64,000 nt of DNA from a bacterium (GCA_021818465.1 JAKAEA010000001.1:169972-233971); one strand, 5' to 3'. Positions 43,336 to 53,398 are shown, counted from the first letter of the stretch. Numbers and translations: made by a program. Notes: generated from the letters alone by a model not told the origin.

Positions 43336-43776
43336 CTACCAACAAGTATTGTTGCTATAGCTTGGCGGCAGAGTATAAATCGGTGGCGGTGGCATCATTT
43401 GATATTGTTGTGGACAATATACCTGTGGTTGTGTCTGTGGGACTGGTGCCAACTGTACCGGCGGCCGATAATTGGGCGTTATGTATGGCGTTTGTGCTGT
43501 TGATGCACAATTGTTGCTGTTGCCCACGTTAGCGATGGCGCTCATATCGCCATCGCTGAACGTCTGACCGTTGAGTTTCTCCGTCTGCCCGGGTAACCGA
43601 ACAGCGCCGAAACGTTGGGCCGCGGCAACGCCCTGATTGATGCTGCGTGCATCAACCCAGGTCGTAGTTGTGGTGATCGTGCGACAATTGTTCGCACAAC
43701 CGCCGACGCCCACCAAGATCAATGCCGCCATCCCCATCCAACCCAAGGTGCCAAGGAACTTTTTGCTCGTACACAT
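43336..43776 (-). CDS. putative lipoprotein with Pro/Gln-rich C-terminus
   Basis: Signal peptide with lipobox-like LVGVGGC. C-terminal PVQLAPVPQTQPQVYCPQQYQMMPPPPIYTLPP. Start at the MCTSKKF Met preferred over the upstream Met at 43821. Confidence 0.5.
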   Translation of the reverse strand: MCTSKKFLGTLGWMGMAALILVGVGGCANNCRTITTTTTWVDARSINQGVAAAQRFGAVRLPGQTEKLNGQTFSDGDMSAIANVGNSNNCASTAQTPYITPNYRPPVQLAPVPQTQPQVYCPQQYQMMPPPPIYTLPPSYSNNTCW

Positions 43777-43962
43777 ATGTGCTCCTTTCATAAAAAATAC
43801 CACTCGAGCTTTCTTGTGCAATTATATCACGTATTGAATTTATGTCAAGTATTCGGTGATGTAAAAGGAGAGCTATACAAAGCCGTATTTTTGTCGTCTT
43901 CTAATTTACTATGCCTAGTTTTAAAAATAAAAATGCGATATAAATAAGGGTAATTGTAGAAC

Positions 43963-45210
43963 TTGCCCATGAAAATTCTCTATATTATTACCCAAGGTGA
44001 GTGTGGTGGTGCTCAAAAAAATGTTTTGGACTTAGCGGTGGGGGCGCGACAGGCGGGATATACGGTAACCGTAGCAACGGGTCGACAAGATACTGTAACG
44101 AGCCGCTGGCTTTTTGATGAATTGCGCGCTGCTGGTTTTCGAGCGGCCGCGCCAGCGAGATTGCTAGGTGTGCGACCATCGCCGCAACCGATTGGTTCGC
44201 CCGACCTCATGGTGATACCGGCATTACGGCGAGATATTCGGCCGCTTGCTGATCTCGTTGCTTTTTTTCAAATTATGCGTTTAGTGCGACGGTTGCGGCC
44301 AGATATTGTGCATGTGCATAGTAGTAAGGCAGGCAGTGTTGGAGCGGTAGCGGCAAAACTCGCGTGTGTTGGTGTAAAAGTTGTGTACACCGTGCACGGC
44401 TTTGTGATTGCTGAACCATTGCCGTCGTTTACCAAAACGTTGTATCGTGTTTCAGAATACATCGCCTCGTTTTTTCGCGATCTGGTTATAACAGTGTCAG
44501 CGCATGATGAAACGCTTGGGCGCACAGAAAAGCTCATTCACAGCCGCAGCGTTGTTATTTATAATGGTTTGGATCAGGCAAAAAAAGCTGGTATCTTGGC
44601 GTTCTCACAAGCGCGAGAAGCGCTCGGGCGTCTGTTACCGGCCGATGTCGCCGCGTCGTTTACGAGCAATCGTCGAGCGGTGGGCGTTGTGGCCAGTTTT
44701 TATCCAACGAAAGGATTAACGTATTTACTTGATGCTATTGCGCTGGTACGTTCTACTACCACACAACATGATGAAGCACATTTTGTACCGTATGTGATTG
44801 TTGGTGATGGGGTGTTGCGAACCGAGTTAGAAGCCAAAATCAGACGACTTAAACTTACTGATCAAGTTTTTTTTGTTGGTATGGTCGATGATGCTTACCG
44901 CTATCTAACAGCCTTTGATCTTATGGTGTTGCCATCAGTGAAAGAAGGATTTCCGTACGTGTTGCTGGAGGCACTTTTGGCCGGCCGGCCATTTATCGCT
45001 AGTCGTGTTGGTGGTATTCCAGAATTAGCGCACATGCTGCCTTCGGGTGTGGCACGTCTTGTGCCGCCTGCTGAGCCGCGCGCATTAGCCGCAGCGATTG
45101 TGCAATTCTTTCGTGAGGCCCCGCCAACATCTATTCGTTTACCCGAGCTCTTTAGTATTGAACACATGCGCACTACTACCTTTGCTGAATACAAACGGCT
45201 GCTGGCATAA
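43963..45210 (+). CDS. GT4-family (GT-B fold) glycosyltransferase
   Basis: C-terminal EX7E-type motif region (SVKEGFPYVLLEALLAGRPFIASRVGGIPE). Confidence 0.8.
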   Translation: MPMKILYIITQGECGGAQKNVLDLAVGARQAGYTVTVATGRQDTVTSRWLFDELRAAGFRAAAPARLLGVRPSPQPIGSPDLMVIPALRRDIRPLADLVAFFQIMRLVRRLRPDIVHVHSSKAGSVGAVAAKLACVGVKVVYTVHGFVIAEPLPSFTKTLYRVSEYIASFFRDLVITVSAHDETLGRTEKLIHSRSVVIYNGLDQAKKAGILAFSQAREALGRLLPADVAASFTSNRRAVGVVASFYPTKGLTYLLDAIALVRSTTTQHDEAHFVPYVIVGDGVLRTELEAKIRRLKLTDQVFFVGMVDDAYRYLTAFDLMVLPSVKEGFPYVLLEALLAGRPFIASRVGGIPELAHMLPSGVARLVPPAEPRALAAAIVQFFREAPPTSIRLPELFSIEHMRTTTFAEYKRLLA

Positions 45211-45252
45211 TTCAAAAAAATATACTACTATGCAATCTTGGTGATTGTGTGC

Positions 45253-45325
45253 GCCGTTGTAGCTCAGTTGGTAGAGCATCCCCATGGTAAGGGGAAGGTC
45301 GTCGGTTCAATTCCGACCAACGGCT
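45253..45325 (+). tRNA. tRNA-Thr (anticodon GGU), CCA encoded
   Basis: GCCGTTGTAGCTCAGTTGGTAGAGCATCCCCATGGTAAGGGGAAGGTCGTCGGTTCAATTCCGACCAACGGCT followed by CCA. Confidence 0.8.
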
Positions 45326-45385
45326 CCAAACATAATATATGGTATACTAAAATCCTACTAGCGCATGTTCTAATTAGCGTTATAT

Positions 45386-46273
45386 ATGCCTGAAGAAACT
45401 ACTACACAACCCATTGGTCAGTTAACCCCCGTAGTCAATCTCATTGAGCGCTCACTTAATCGCTTTAAGCGGCTTTTTTCCCCATTGTTTCCGTGGTTGG
45501 TAATTTCTTGTTTGGGTGGTTTTATGGCGGCGCTTGCTAATGCCACTATTCCATTGTGGCAACGATCCAGTATTGCTGTGGTAGGTTTGGTTATTCTTTT
45601 CGTTTCATATATTGCTGAGATTCGTATTATCAGCGGTGTTGAACAAGAGCCGAATGATATTGTGAGCAACACGCGCGCTTCGCTAAAACTTTTCTTCCCA
45701 TATATTTGGTTGGCTATTCTTGAAACTTTTATTTTTATAAGCGGCATTACCCTGGTGGTGCCAGCAATTATTTTTGTGGTGTACGTTGTGATAGTGCCGT
45801 TTGTGTTTGTGGTAGAAAACGGAAGGGGATTACCGGCGCTGACGCGCTCGTGGGGGTATGTCGCGGGCCGCTGGTGGGCGACTTTGTGGCGACTTATGGT
45901 TGTTGTTTTTTTAGTACTTGTTGTAACGTTTATTCTCGATTTGATTTTAGCTTTATCCTTTGGTTTTAGTCCGATACTTGTAAACAGTATGCGCTTTTGG
46001 GGTGTTGTGCTTATCCAGCAGCTCATTGAAGCATTTTTGCTTGCGCCATGGGTGATACTGTATCTGTTTGAGTTGTATCAAGATTTACGAACTACGAAAT
46101 CTGTTCCTGCTACTGCTGATGAAAAAACTGCCCGCTTATGGCTGGTTATTTTTCTTATACTTGGTATTATTTTAGCGCTCCTGTTTGCTTTTGGTGCGGT
46201 GACGCATACGGCTGCGTACGGTGCGCATCAAGAAATTTTTCATACATTTACTACTGGGTCGCTCGTACCCTAA
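45386..46273 (+). CDS. hypothetical polytopic membrane protein
   Basis: 295 aa with at least 6 hydrophobic helices. Flanked by two tRNA-Thr genes. Confidence 0.4.
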   Translation: MPEETTTQPIGQLTPVVNLIERSLNRFKRLFSPLFPWLVISCLGGFMAALANATIPLWQRSSIAVVGLVILFVSYIAEIRIISGVEQEPNDIVSNTRASLKLFFPYIWLAILETFIFISGITLVVPAIIFVVYVVIVPFVFVVENGRGLPALTRSWGYVAGRWWATLWRLMVVVFLVLVVTFILDLILALSFGFSPILVNSMRFWGVVLIQQLIEAFLLAPWVILYLFELYQDLRTTKSVPATADEKTARLWLVIFLILGIILALLFAFGAVTHTAAYGAHQEIFHTFTTGSLVP

Positions 46274-46276
46274 ATT

Positions 46277-46349
46277 GCCAGCGTAGCTCAGTTGGTAGAG
46301 CAACGCACTCGTAACGCGTAGGTCGCCGGTTCAATTCCGGCCGCTGGCT
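46277..46349 (+). tRNA. tRNA-Thr (anticodon CGU)
   Basis: GCCAGCGTAGCTCAGTTGGTAGAGCAACGCACTCGTAACGCGTAGGTCGCCGGTTCAATTCCGGCCGCTGGCT. Anticodon loop CTCGTAA. Confidence 0.8.
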
Positions 46350-46442
46350 CCCTTTGTTTTTTTGTGCGATATGTGTGTATAGAAAAACCGCTCCATTTTG
46401 GAGCGGCAGGTGGGGTGTATAACGAAGCGAAGCGTTGTAACA

Positions 46443-47021
46443 CTAAGGTGCGATATACGAAAATGAAATGGTGTACCGCTGTGGATCACATCGTATTGGA
46501 AACGGTAGGGTAATCTCCCCAGTATGTATTTTCTCAAAGATGTGTCTGACTATTTGATCGCCACCATTGCCAAGAAAAATGGTTTTGATGGCACGTTCGT
46601 GTGCGTAGCGCAAAAAGATTGCTACTTGTTTGCAACCATATCCTTGATTGCGAAAATTATCGTTAACAAGTAGGCGAAACACTCTCCAGACAGTAGTGTT
46701 ATTGTATCGATGTTCCTGCCAGAAGATGCCACCAATAGGCATCCCCTCATCGAGTTTTTTTTGTGGTTCTGTGTGATGCAGAAAAAAGAGAATGCCGTTG
46801 TAACCACGGTGCATTAATTGGTCAAAGAACTCATCGTCTGGCAGGTGACGAATATCGCTTGTGCATGTATCAAATTCGCTATCCAAATCTGGGTCTCTGG
46901 CTAGTTGTATAACGTATCCTCGCCAAATATTTCCTTTTGGAAGATCGCTAATGAGTTGAATACACAGTGTCATAACAACCCCCTTTCTTTTTAAAATGGT
47001 GCATGACGCCACTGGCAGCAT
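46443..47021 (-). CDS. GNAT-family N-acetyltransferase
   Basis: Motif A-like RNQGYG and surrounding beta-strand pattern. Start uncertain (47021 or the internal Met at 46973). Confidence 0.55.
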   Translation of the reverse strand: MLPVASCTILKRKGVVMTLCIQLISDLPKGNIWRGYVIQLARDPDLDSEFDTCTSDIRHLPDDEFFDQLMHRGYNGILFFLHHTEPQKKLDEGMPIGGIFWQEHRYNNTTVWRVFRLLVNDNFRNQGYGCKQVAIFLRYAHERAIKTIFLGNGGDQIVRHIFEKIHTGEITLPFPIRCDPQRYTISFSYIAP

Positions 47022-47050
47022 ACGCTATTATGCGGTACATTTCAATATTG

Positions 47051-47932
47051 ATGAGTATAGATGACGTGCGAAAAAAAATAAGTGAACTCGAAGCGATAAT
47101 GAGTGCTTCGGATTTTTGGGCTGATAAAACAAGAGCCCAAGCGATTATAAAAGAGATGCAAGAGTTGCGCAGTGCGATGGAAAATCCAGGCGCCGGACCA
47201 TATGACCACGGCGCCGCCGTGGTCTCAATTTTGTCCGGCGCCGGTGGCGATGACGCTGAAGATTTTTCGGCGATGCTTTTTTCGATGTACCGAAAGTATA
47301 TTGAAAAACGAGGTTGGCAATGGGCTATAGTACACCAAAATGAAAATGACCACGGCGGATTTCGTAATATCACTTTTGATGTAACAGGGCGGAACGTGTA
47401 CGGTACACTCAAAAACGAATCTGGTGTTCATCGACTCGTACGCATATCGCCATTTAATGCCAAACAACTTCGCCACACGTCATTTTCGCTTGTGGAAGTG
47501 ATACCAAAGTTTGATAAAGAGCCACCTATTGAAATTCGGCCGGAAGATATTCGTGTAGAATTTGCACGCGCCGGAGGTCCTGGTGGTCAGAATGTTAATA
47601 AACGAGAAACGGCAGTACGCGTCGTGCACCTGCCCACCAATATTGCCGTACACGTAGCCAGTGAGCGCAGTCAAGCACAGAACCGTGAACGCGCCCTGAC
47701 TATTTTGAAAGGTAAACTCTATAAACGTGCTGAAGAGGAACGTATAGCAAAAGAGAAAGGAATGCAGATCAGTAAGACTACCGACATTGAATGGGGTAAT
47801 CAAATTCGTTCATATGTATTGCACCCGTATAAATTAGTTAAAGATCATCGCACAGGTGTGGAGGTGCACGACGCTGAGCGGGTGCTTGCTGGTGATTTAA
47901 ATAATTTTATTGAGGCTGAACAAGGCCTCTAA
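47051..47932 (+). CDS. prfB: peptide chain release factor 2 (short form, no programmed frameshift)
   Basis: SPF tripeptide anticodon motif (RISPFNAKQ) specific for RF2. GGQ motif (RAGGPGGQNVNK). Single uninterrupted frame. ATG at 47051 (MSIDDVRKK...). Confidence 0.8.
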   Translation: MSIDDVRKKISELEAIMSASDFWADKTRAQAIIKEMQELRSAMENPGAGPYDHGAAVVSILSGAGGDDAEDFSAMLFSMYRKYIEKRGWQWAIVHQNENDHGGFRNITFDVTGRNVYGTLKNESGVHRLVRISPFNAKQLRHTSFSLVEVIPKFDKEPPIEIRPEDIRVEFARAGGPGGQNVNKRETAVRVVHLPTNIAVHVASERSQAQNRERALTILKGKLYKRAEEERIAKEKGMQISKTTDIEWGNQIRSYVLHPYKLVKDHRTGVEVHDAERVLAGDLNNFIEAEQGL

Positions 47933-47983
47933 ATACAGAGCCATTGATTTATCAGCTTAAGTAGTTACAATAGAGAGTGCGGT

Positions 47984-48664
47984 ATGATTTATTTTGATAA
48001 CGTCTCTAAACAATACGCCGACAATTCCATAGCTCTGGATAGTATTACGCTCGCTGTAGATCCGCAAGAATTTGTATCAATTGTTGGACATTCTGGTGCC
48101 GGCAAAACCACACTCATAAAAATGCTTCTTGCTGAAGAGCGGCCTACCGATGGCAGGGTATATTTTCAGTCGGTTGATATTCACGATTTACGTCGCAACG
48201 AGATGAATCTTTATCGTCGAAAAATTGGTGTGGTATTTCAGGATTTTCGTTTGCTACCATATAAAACAGCTTTTGAAAATATTTCCTTTGCAATGGAAGC
48301 GGCGGGTCGAAGTGATGCGGAAATAAAATCAGATGTACCGCATGTATTAGATCTTGTTGATTTGGGTGAAAAAATGTGGAATTTTCCGCACCAACTTTCC
48401 GGTGGAGAAAAACAGCGGGTGGCGATTGCTCGAGCTATTGTCAATCAACCCGACGTTTTAATTGCCGATGAGCCTACCGGCAATCTTGATCCGGTCAATA
48501 CGTACGACATTGTCCAGATTCTCAAAAAAATTAATGATTTGGGAACTACGGTGCTCCTCACGACCCATAATCGTGGCGTTATCGATTCTATTGGTGGGAG
48601 AGTGATTTCAATGGAAGCCGGAAGAATTATTCGCGACGATCGTAATGGTCGGTATGTTTTTTAA
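47984..48664 (+). CDS. ftsE: cell-division ABC transporter ATP-binding protein FtsE
   Basis: Walker A GHSGAGKTT, ABC signature LSGGEKQRVAIARA, Walker B VLIADEPTG. Confidence 0.9.
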   Translation: MIYFDNVSKQYADNSIALDSITLAVDPQEFVSIVGHSGAGKTTLIKMLLAEERPTDGRVYFQSVDIHDLRRNEMNLYRRKIGVVFQDFRLLPYKTAFENISFAMEAAGRSDAEIKSDVPHVLDLVDLGEKMWNFPHQLSGGEKQRVAIARAIVNQPDVLIADEPTGNLDPVNTYDIVQILKKINDLGTTVLLTTHNRGVIDSIGGRVISMEAGRIIRDDRNGRYVF

Positions 48665-48691
48665 ATTTTTAATAAAATATTTTTTACTATA

Positions 48692-49618
48692 ATGTTCTGG
48701 ACTACCAATAAACGAATTATAAAAGCCGGCTTCGTTGGTTTTTGGCGCAATGGTTTTGTGTCGTTGTCGTCTATTGTGGTTATGACGGTGACACTACTCG
48801 TTATTGTTGCCAGTCTTTTGTTCAGTATCATTTTTAGTGCCACGCTCAATCAAATCAAAAATCAAGTTGATATCACTGTCTATTTTGTGACCACCGCATC
48901 AACGAGCGATATGTTGGCGTTGCAAAAGTCTGTCGATGCTTTACCAGAAGTGGCTACTACCACATTTATCTCTGCCGATCAGGCCTTAGCAAATTTTAAA
49001 CAACGCCACGCCACCGATGAATTGACCCTACAGGCTTTAGATGAAATTAACGGCAATCCCCTTGGAGCTGAGCTGAACATTAAGGCCAAAGATCCGTCAC
49101 AGTACGCAGACATTGCCGCTTATCTTCAATCGCAAAGTGTCTCGCCAACTAATGGTTTGCCTATTATTGATACCGTTAATTACAATCAAAATCAGGCGGC
49201 CATTACCAAATTGACCGCTATCATTGACGGCAGTCGTCGGTTTGCACTTATTCTTATTGGAATTATGGTGGCTATTTCGCTCATCATTACCTATAACACT
49301 ATTCGTCTTGCTATTCACGCCTCGCGCGAAGAAATTGCTGTGGAGCGGTTGGTGGGCGCTAGTTCGCGTTTTGTTCGTGGGCCGTTTGTGATTGTTGGTA
49401 TTATGTGCGGTATTGTATCGGCTATTTTGGCGGCGGTAATTTTGTATCCGGCGACATACTACTTAGCGCAAACTACGACCACGTTTTTTATCGGTTTTAA
49501 TATTTTTAACTATTATCTTGCCAACTTCGGTCAGATATTCCTTGTGCTTTTGGCAAGTGGCATTATAATTGGAGCGATTTCTAGTTGGTTGGCAGTACGT
49601 CGCTATCTTAAAGTATGA
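48692..49618 (+). CDS. ftsX: cell-division permease FtsX
   Basis: N-terminal TM, large periplasmic loop, three C-terminal TM helices. Follows ftsE. Confidence 0.85.
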   Translation: MFWTTNKRIIKAGFVGFWRNGFVSLSSIVVMTVTLLVIVASLLFSIIFSATLNQIKNQVDITVYFVTTASTSDMLALQKSVDALPEVATTTFISADQALANFKQRHATDELTLQALDEINGNPLGAELNIKAKDPSQYADIAAYLQSQSVSPTNGLPIIDTVNYNQNQAAITKLTAIIDGSRRFALILIGIMVAISLIITYNTIRLAIHASREEIAVERLVGASSRFVRGPFVIVGIMCGIVSAILAAVILYPATYYLAQTTTTFFIGFNIFNYYLANFGQIFLVLLASGIIIGAISSWLAVRRYLKV

Positions 49619-51375
49619 GCAAGAATCACAAATACGTTTTTGTTATTGGCGGTGTTATGTCCGGCGTCGGCAAGGGTATTGCCACCTCTGCCATCGGTCA
49701 AATTCTTCAAGCAAAAGGTTTTCGGATCAATCCAATCAAGATTGATCCGTATTTAAATGTGGATGCTGGTACCATGAACCCCACCGAGCACGGTGAAGTA
49801 TTCGTACTTGATTCTGGTTTGGAAACCGATCAAGACATGGGCAACTACGAGCGCTTCTTGGAAATGAATTTAACGCCCGAAGATTATATGACGAGCGGCA
49901 TGATCTATAAACACGTCATTGAGCGTGAACGCAACCTCGGCTATGGTGGCAAGTGCGTGGAAGCTATTCCGCATATCACTGGCGAAATTGTGCGTCGCAT
50001 TATGCGCGCAGCGGAAAAAACTCGTTCCGATATCTCGCTCATAGAAATCGGCGGCACGGTCGGTGATTATCAGAACATGATGTTTTTAGAAGCAGCGCGC
50101 ATTTTGCGCTTGCGTCAGCCGGAAAGCGTATGTTTCGTGTTGGTTAGCTATTTACCTGTGCCTTCAAAACTTGGTGAAATGAAAACGAAGCCGACGCAAA
50201 CAGCAGTGCGAATGCTGAATAGTTACGGTATTCAGCCAGACATTATTATTGCGCGCTCCACCCATCCGCTTGATGCACGTCGCAAAGAAAAAATAGGAGT
50301 GTCGTGTAATGTGCACGGCGACCGCGTCATTTCCGCACCGGACATTGATTCTGTGTACGATGTACCTTTGAATTTTGAAAAAGATCACATTGGCGAAACT
50401 ATTTTGGACGTGTTACGGATGAAGCCAAAACATAATGGCACAGCTTTGGCATCGTGGAAAAAATTTGTGGCCAAGACTAAAAACGGCACGCGCGATGTTA
50501 CGATTGCTGTAGTGGGGAAGTATTTTGATTCTGGTGACTTCGTACTTTCTGACGCATATTTGTCAGTGATTGAAGCGATCAAGTTTTCGTCCTACTGGCA
50601 CAATGCGCGACCCAAGCTCACGTGGATAAATGCGAAAGAGTATGAGACTGGCATGCGTAAGGTAAGTGAGCTGGCCGCTTTCGATGGCATTATTGTTCCT
50701 GGTGGCTTCGGTACCTCTGGCATTGAAGGGGTTATCAGCGCCGTGCAATATGCTCGTGAACATAAAATTCCGTTCCTTGGTCTTTGTTACGGTATGCAAT
50801 TGCTTACGGTAGAATTTGCTCGTCATGTTGCTAAAATTCGCAACGCCCATACTGTTGAAGTTGATCCGCAGACCGATGCGCCTATCATCGACATTATGCC
50901 TGATCAAAAAAAGTTTCTCGCTTCTGGTCGGTATGGTGCCACGATGCGTCTCGGTGCATATCCCGCTAAGCTCAAGAAGGGAACTATTGCTCGTGATGCC
51001 TATGGTACCGAAAAAATTTCCGAACGTCATCGCCATCGCTACGAAGTTAATCCGGCTTTCATCAATAAACTTCTTGCCGCTGGTCTTGTGTTTTCTGGCA
51101 CCTCGCCTGACGACACACTTATGGAAATTGCTGAATTGCCACGCGAAGTGCATCCATTTATGCTCGGTACGCAATTTCATCCAGAATTAAAAGCGCGGCC
51201 GTTGGCACCTCACCCGCTCTTCGATGCTTTCATTAGTGCCGCTCTGAAGTCGCGCCCCCTGCTTGTGCATAAACAAAAAACAATTGATGCAAAGAAACAA
51301 AAAGCTCCAATTCCATCGAAAAAAATTTCTTCCCTCAAGCTCTTGAAGAAAACCGCTTTTTCCAGTATTGTGTAA
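49615..51375 (+). CDS. pyrG: CTP synthase
   Basis: N-terminal synthetase domain (KYVFVIGGVMSGVGKGI) and C-terminal class I glutamine amidotransferase domain (GLCYGMQ, His-Glu). Confidence 0.95.
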   Translation: MSKNHKYVFVIGGVMSGVGKGIATSAIGQILQAKGFRINPIKIDPYLNVDAGTMNPTEHGEVFVLDSGLETDQDMGNYERFLEMNLTPEDYMTSGMIYKHVIERERNLGYGGKCVEAIPHITGEIVRRIMRAAEKTRSDISLIEIGGTVGDYQNMMFLEAARILRLRQPESVCFVLVSYLPVPSKLGEMKTKPTQTAVRMLNSYGIQPDIIIARSTHPLDARRKEKIGVSCNVHGDRVISAPDIDSVYDVPLNFEKDHIGETILDVLRMKPKHNGTALASWKKFVAKTKNGTRDVTIAVVGKYFDSGDFVLSDAYLSVIEAIKFSSYWHNARPKLTWINAKEYETGMRKVSELAAFDGIIVPGGFGTSGIEGVISAVQYAREHKIPFLGLCYGMQLLTVEFARHVAKIRNAHTVEVDPQTDAPIIDIMPDQKKFLASGRYGATMRLGAYPAKLKKGTIARDAYGTEKISERHRHRYEVNPAFINKLLAAGLVFSGTSPDDTLMEIAELPREVHPFMLGTQFHPELKARPLAPHPLFDAFISAALKSRPLLVHKQKTIDAKKQKAPIPSKKISSLKLLKKTAFSSIV

Positions 51376-51383
51376 TCGCATCT

Positions 51384-51454
51384 TGCGGGTTCGTCTAATG
51401 GTAGGACACATGCCTCTGGAGCATGGTATTGGGGTTCGAGTCCCTGACCCGCAG
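51384..51454 (+). tRNA. tRNA-Gln (anticodon CUG)
   Basis: TGCGGGTTCGTCTAATGGTAGGACACATGCCTCTGGAGCATGGTATTGGGGTTCGAGTCCCTGACCCGCAG. U1-A72 pair, 3-bp D stem. Anticodon loop CTCTGGA. Confidence 0.8.
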
Positions 51455-51546
51455 CAGTCTAGAAAAGTATCGAAGGACCCAAAGGGGTCATATTTGCCCG
51501 CTCTTTGTGGGCTGCTTCGATATGCGAGATAATTCCCACATTCCTG

Positions 51547-52521
51547 ATGGCTAAAAAGAAAAAGAAGAAAAATTCAGGTCCCAAAAATCAGCACTTCGTA
51601 CCCAGGTGCTATCTTTCGGAGTTTACAGACCCCAACACCCCTGCAGGTCAGGAGCCCTACGTCTGGGTGTTTGATAAAGACGGTAAGAATCCTCGAAAGA
51701 AGGCCCCTAAGAATATCTTTACCGAAACGCATCTGTATACCTTCGAATTCAACGGCGAAAAGGACTTCACCATAGAAAAGAGCCTTTCAGCCATCGAGTC
51801 AAAATACGCTTACATTTTCCGTAGCAAGATCAAAGAGAAAAAGCCCCTTTCGGAGTCGGAACACGCCTATCTCTGTGCCTTCGTGGCGGCACAACTGCAA
51901 CGCACTCTGCGGTTCAAACAAAACCAGGAGAATTTCATCCAGCAGCTTATCGATCATGGCACTCAGATGGCGATGGCCCATGGGGTGACCGATTCTCCGC
52001 AGGTCCGCGCATGGCAGGAGTACAAAAAGGACATCCATAAATTGCAGCTCGTGGATGGTATTCCGTTCTTAGCAAATATTCTCATGCAGATGAGTCTGGC
52101 GTTCCTTTGCTCAAAGAATCCGAACAAAAACTGGTTCATTACCTCTGACGATCCGTGCGTGTTATTCAACCCCGACCTCCAGTGGCAGAAATTCTACGGT
52201 CCCGGTTTTGGGCAACAGAATGTGCAGCTTACTCTGGCTTTAAGTCCGGAGATAATCGTTATGTTCACGTGGGCGAACTTCCATGGCTACTCGTACGTTG
52301 ATGGCGGGAACGTAGATAATATGCTCAACCGAATGACTCGAGCCCATGCTGATAAGGAATTCATCTCGCCTTATCCAAAGAAGAAATGGATATGGTTCAG
52401 CCGTGTTCCGCTTGACCCCTTCTTTCTTCTGAAAGTCGTAAAGAATGAGACCAAAGTGTTCCTGCATCGTGTGAGGAATAATTGGCAGTATAGGAAAATA
52501 TATGCGAGACGCAGAAAGTAA
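51547..52521 (+). CDS. DUF4238-like protein, paralog 1
   Basis: N-terminal HFVPRCYLSEF (HxxPxxYLxxF) and downstream TSDDP motif, the pattern I associate with DUF4238. Lys-rich N-terminus. ATG at 51547. Confidence 0.5.
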   Translation: MAKKKKKKNSGPKNQHFVPRCYLSEFTDPNTPAGQEPYVWVFDKDGKNPRKKAPKNIFTETHLYTFEFNGEKDFTIEKSLSAIESKYAYIFRSKIKEKKPLSESEHAYLCAFVAAQLQRTLRFKQNQENFIQQLIDHGTQMAMAHGVTDSPQVRAWQEYKKDIHKLQLVDGIPFLANILMQMSLAFLCSKNPNKNWFITSDDPCVLFNPDLQWQKFYGPGFGQQNVQLTLALSPEIIVMFTWANFHGYSYVDGGNVDNMLNRMTRAHADKEFISPYPKKKWIWFSRVPLDPFFLLKVVKNETKVFLHRVRNNWQYRKIYARRRK

Positions 52522-53398
52522 TTTCAAACAAGCCCTTGATGGGATTGTTGGGTCAAGTCGATCCGATCAAAAAAAGATAGAGGCGATCAGCGAACTGATT
52601 GCTGGCTTGAACACGCTCGAACAGAACCCTGAAATTCGCCTCGCTACCGAAACGGGAGCTGTGCTGGCGCGTAAGGCAAACAGGCCAGAAATGGCTGCGC
52701 AGCTTTGTCTTATGAGAGCTAAGGCAGAGATTGCTCAGGCGGGTGAGCTGATAGCCGAAATGAAGAACCTTAAAATGGCGATAGATTGGCGCGGTTTTGC
52801 CCTTGAGAAAGCAGCAAATCGGCACAAAGACTTAGAAAAGAAGTTGAACGCAACATGGAGTGCCACTCAGGCGTTTATCGATGCAGGCTACAAGCTACTT
52901 AATGAAAAGCCATACGTTGGAGCGGCCGCTTACTGCCACGATGCTGCAGGTCAGATTTATGGCCAGCATTATCTTCAGCTGAAACTCTACTACCTAACAA
53001 CAGGAAGACCGTGGCGTGCACGAATCGGGAATTACAAAATCAGCCGGTGGCTTAGCCTAGACGACTTTTTCGTGATTGATAAAAAGTCTCGCGCACATCT
53101 CCGAAAGGTTCGGAAGGATTGTCTAACCTCGCTTCACCAGGCAATGAAGCTCTATCGACAGATTAAGGCGCGAGATTATATAATCGACACGTACCTTGAC
53201 CTGGCTCTTGAGCATCATTCTTTTAATGATGCGATTCAGAGCAAGTTTTATCTTCTTCTTGCAAGGATGTTAATGAGCGTATGGGGTCTCTCGAATAATT
53301 CTCGACTTAAGCCGAGGCTTAAGTCGCTAGAAAAACTGCCTCTGATTGGCAGCGATCGGAACGATGATATTAGTCGACAGTTACCAAACCTTTCGTGA
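52502..53398 (+). CDS. hypothetical alpha-helical protein (partner of DUF4238 paralog 1)
   Basis: 298-aa ORF overlapping the upstream gene by 20 nt (translational coupling). No recognisable motif. Confidence 0.4.
   Translation: MRDAESNFKQALDGIVGSSRSDQKKIEAISELIAGLNTLEQNPEIRLATETGAVLARKANRPEMAAQLCLMRAKAEIAQAGELIAEMKNLKMAIDWRGFALEKAANRHKDLEKKLNATWSATQAFIDAGYKLLNEKPYVGAAAYCHDAAGQIYGQHYLQLKLYYLTTGRPWRARIGNYKISRWLSLDDFFVIDKKSRAHLRKVRKDCLTSLHQAMKLYRQIKARDYIIDTYLDLALEHHSFNDAIQSKFYLLLARMLMSVWGLSNNSRLKPRLKSLEKLPLIGSDRNDDISRQLPNLS

Noticed and set aside
47051-47932. Search for the canonical prfB +1 frameshift site (CUU UGA C)
   Set aside because: A single continuous frame encodes the entire RF2, including the SPF and GGQ motifs. 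No shift is needed.
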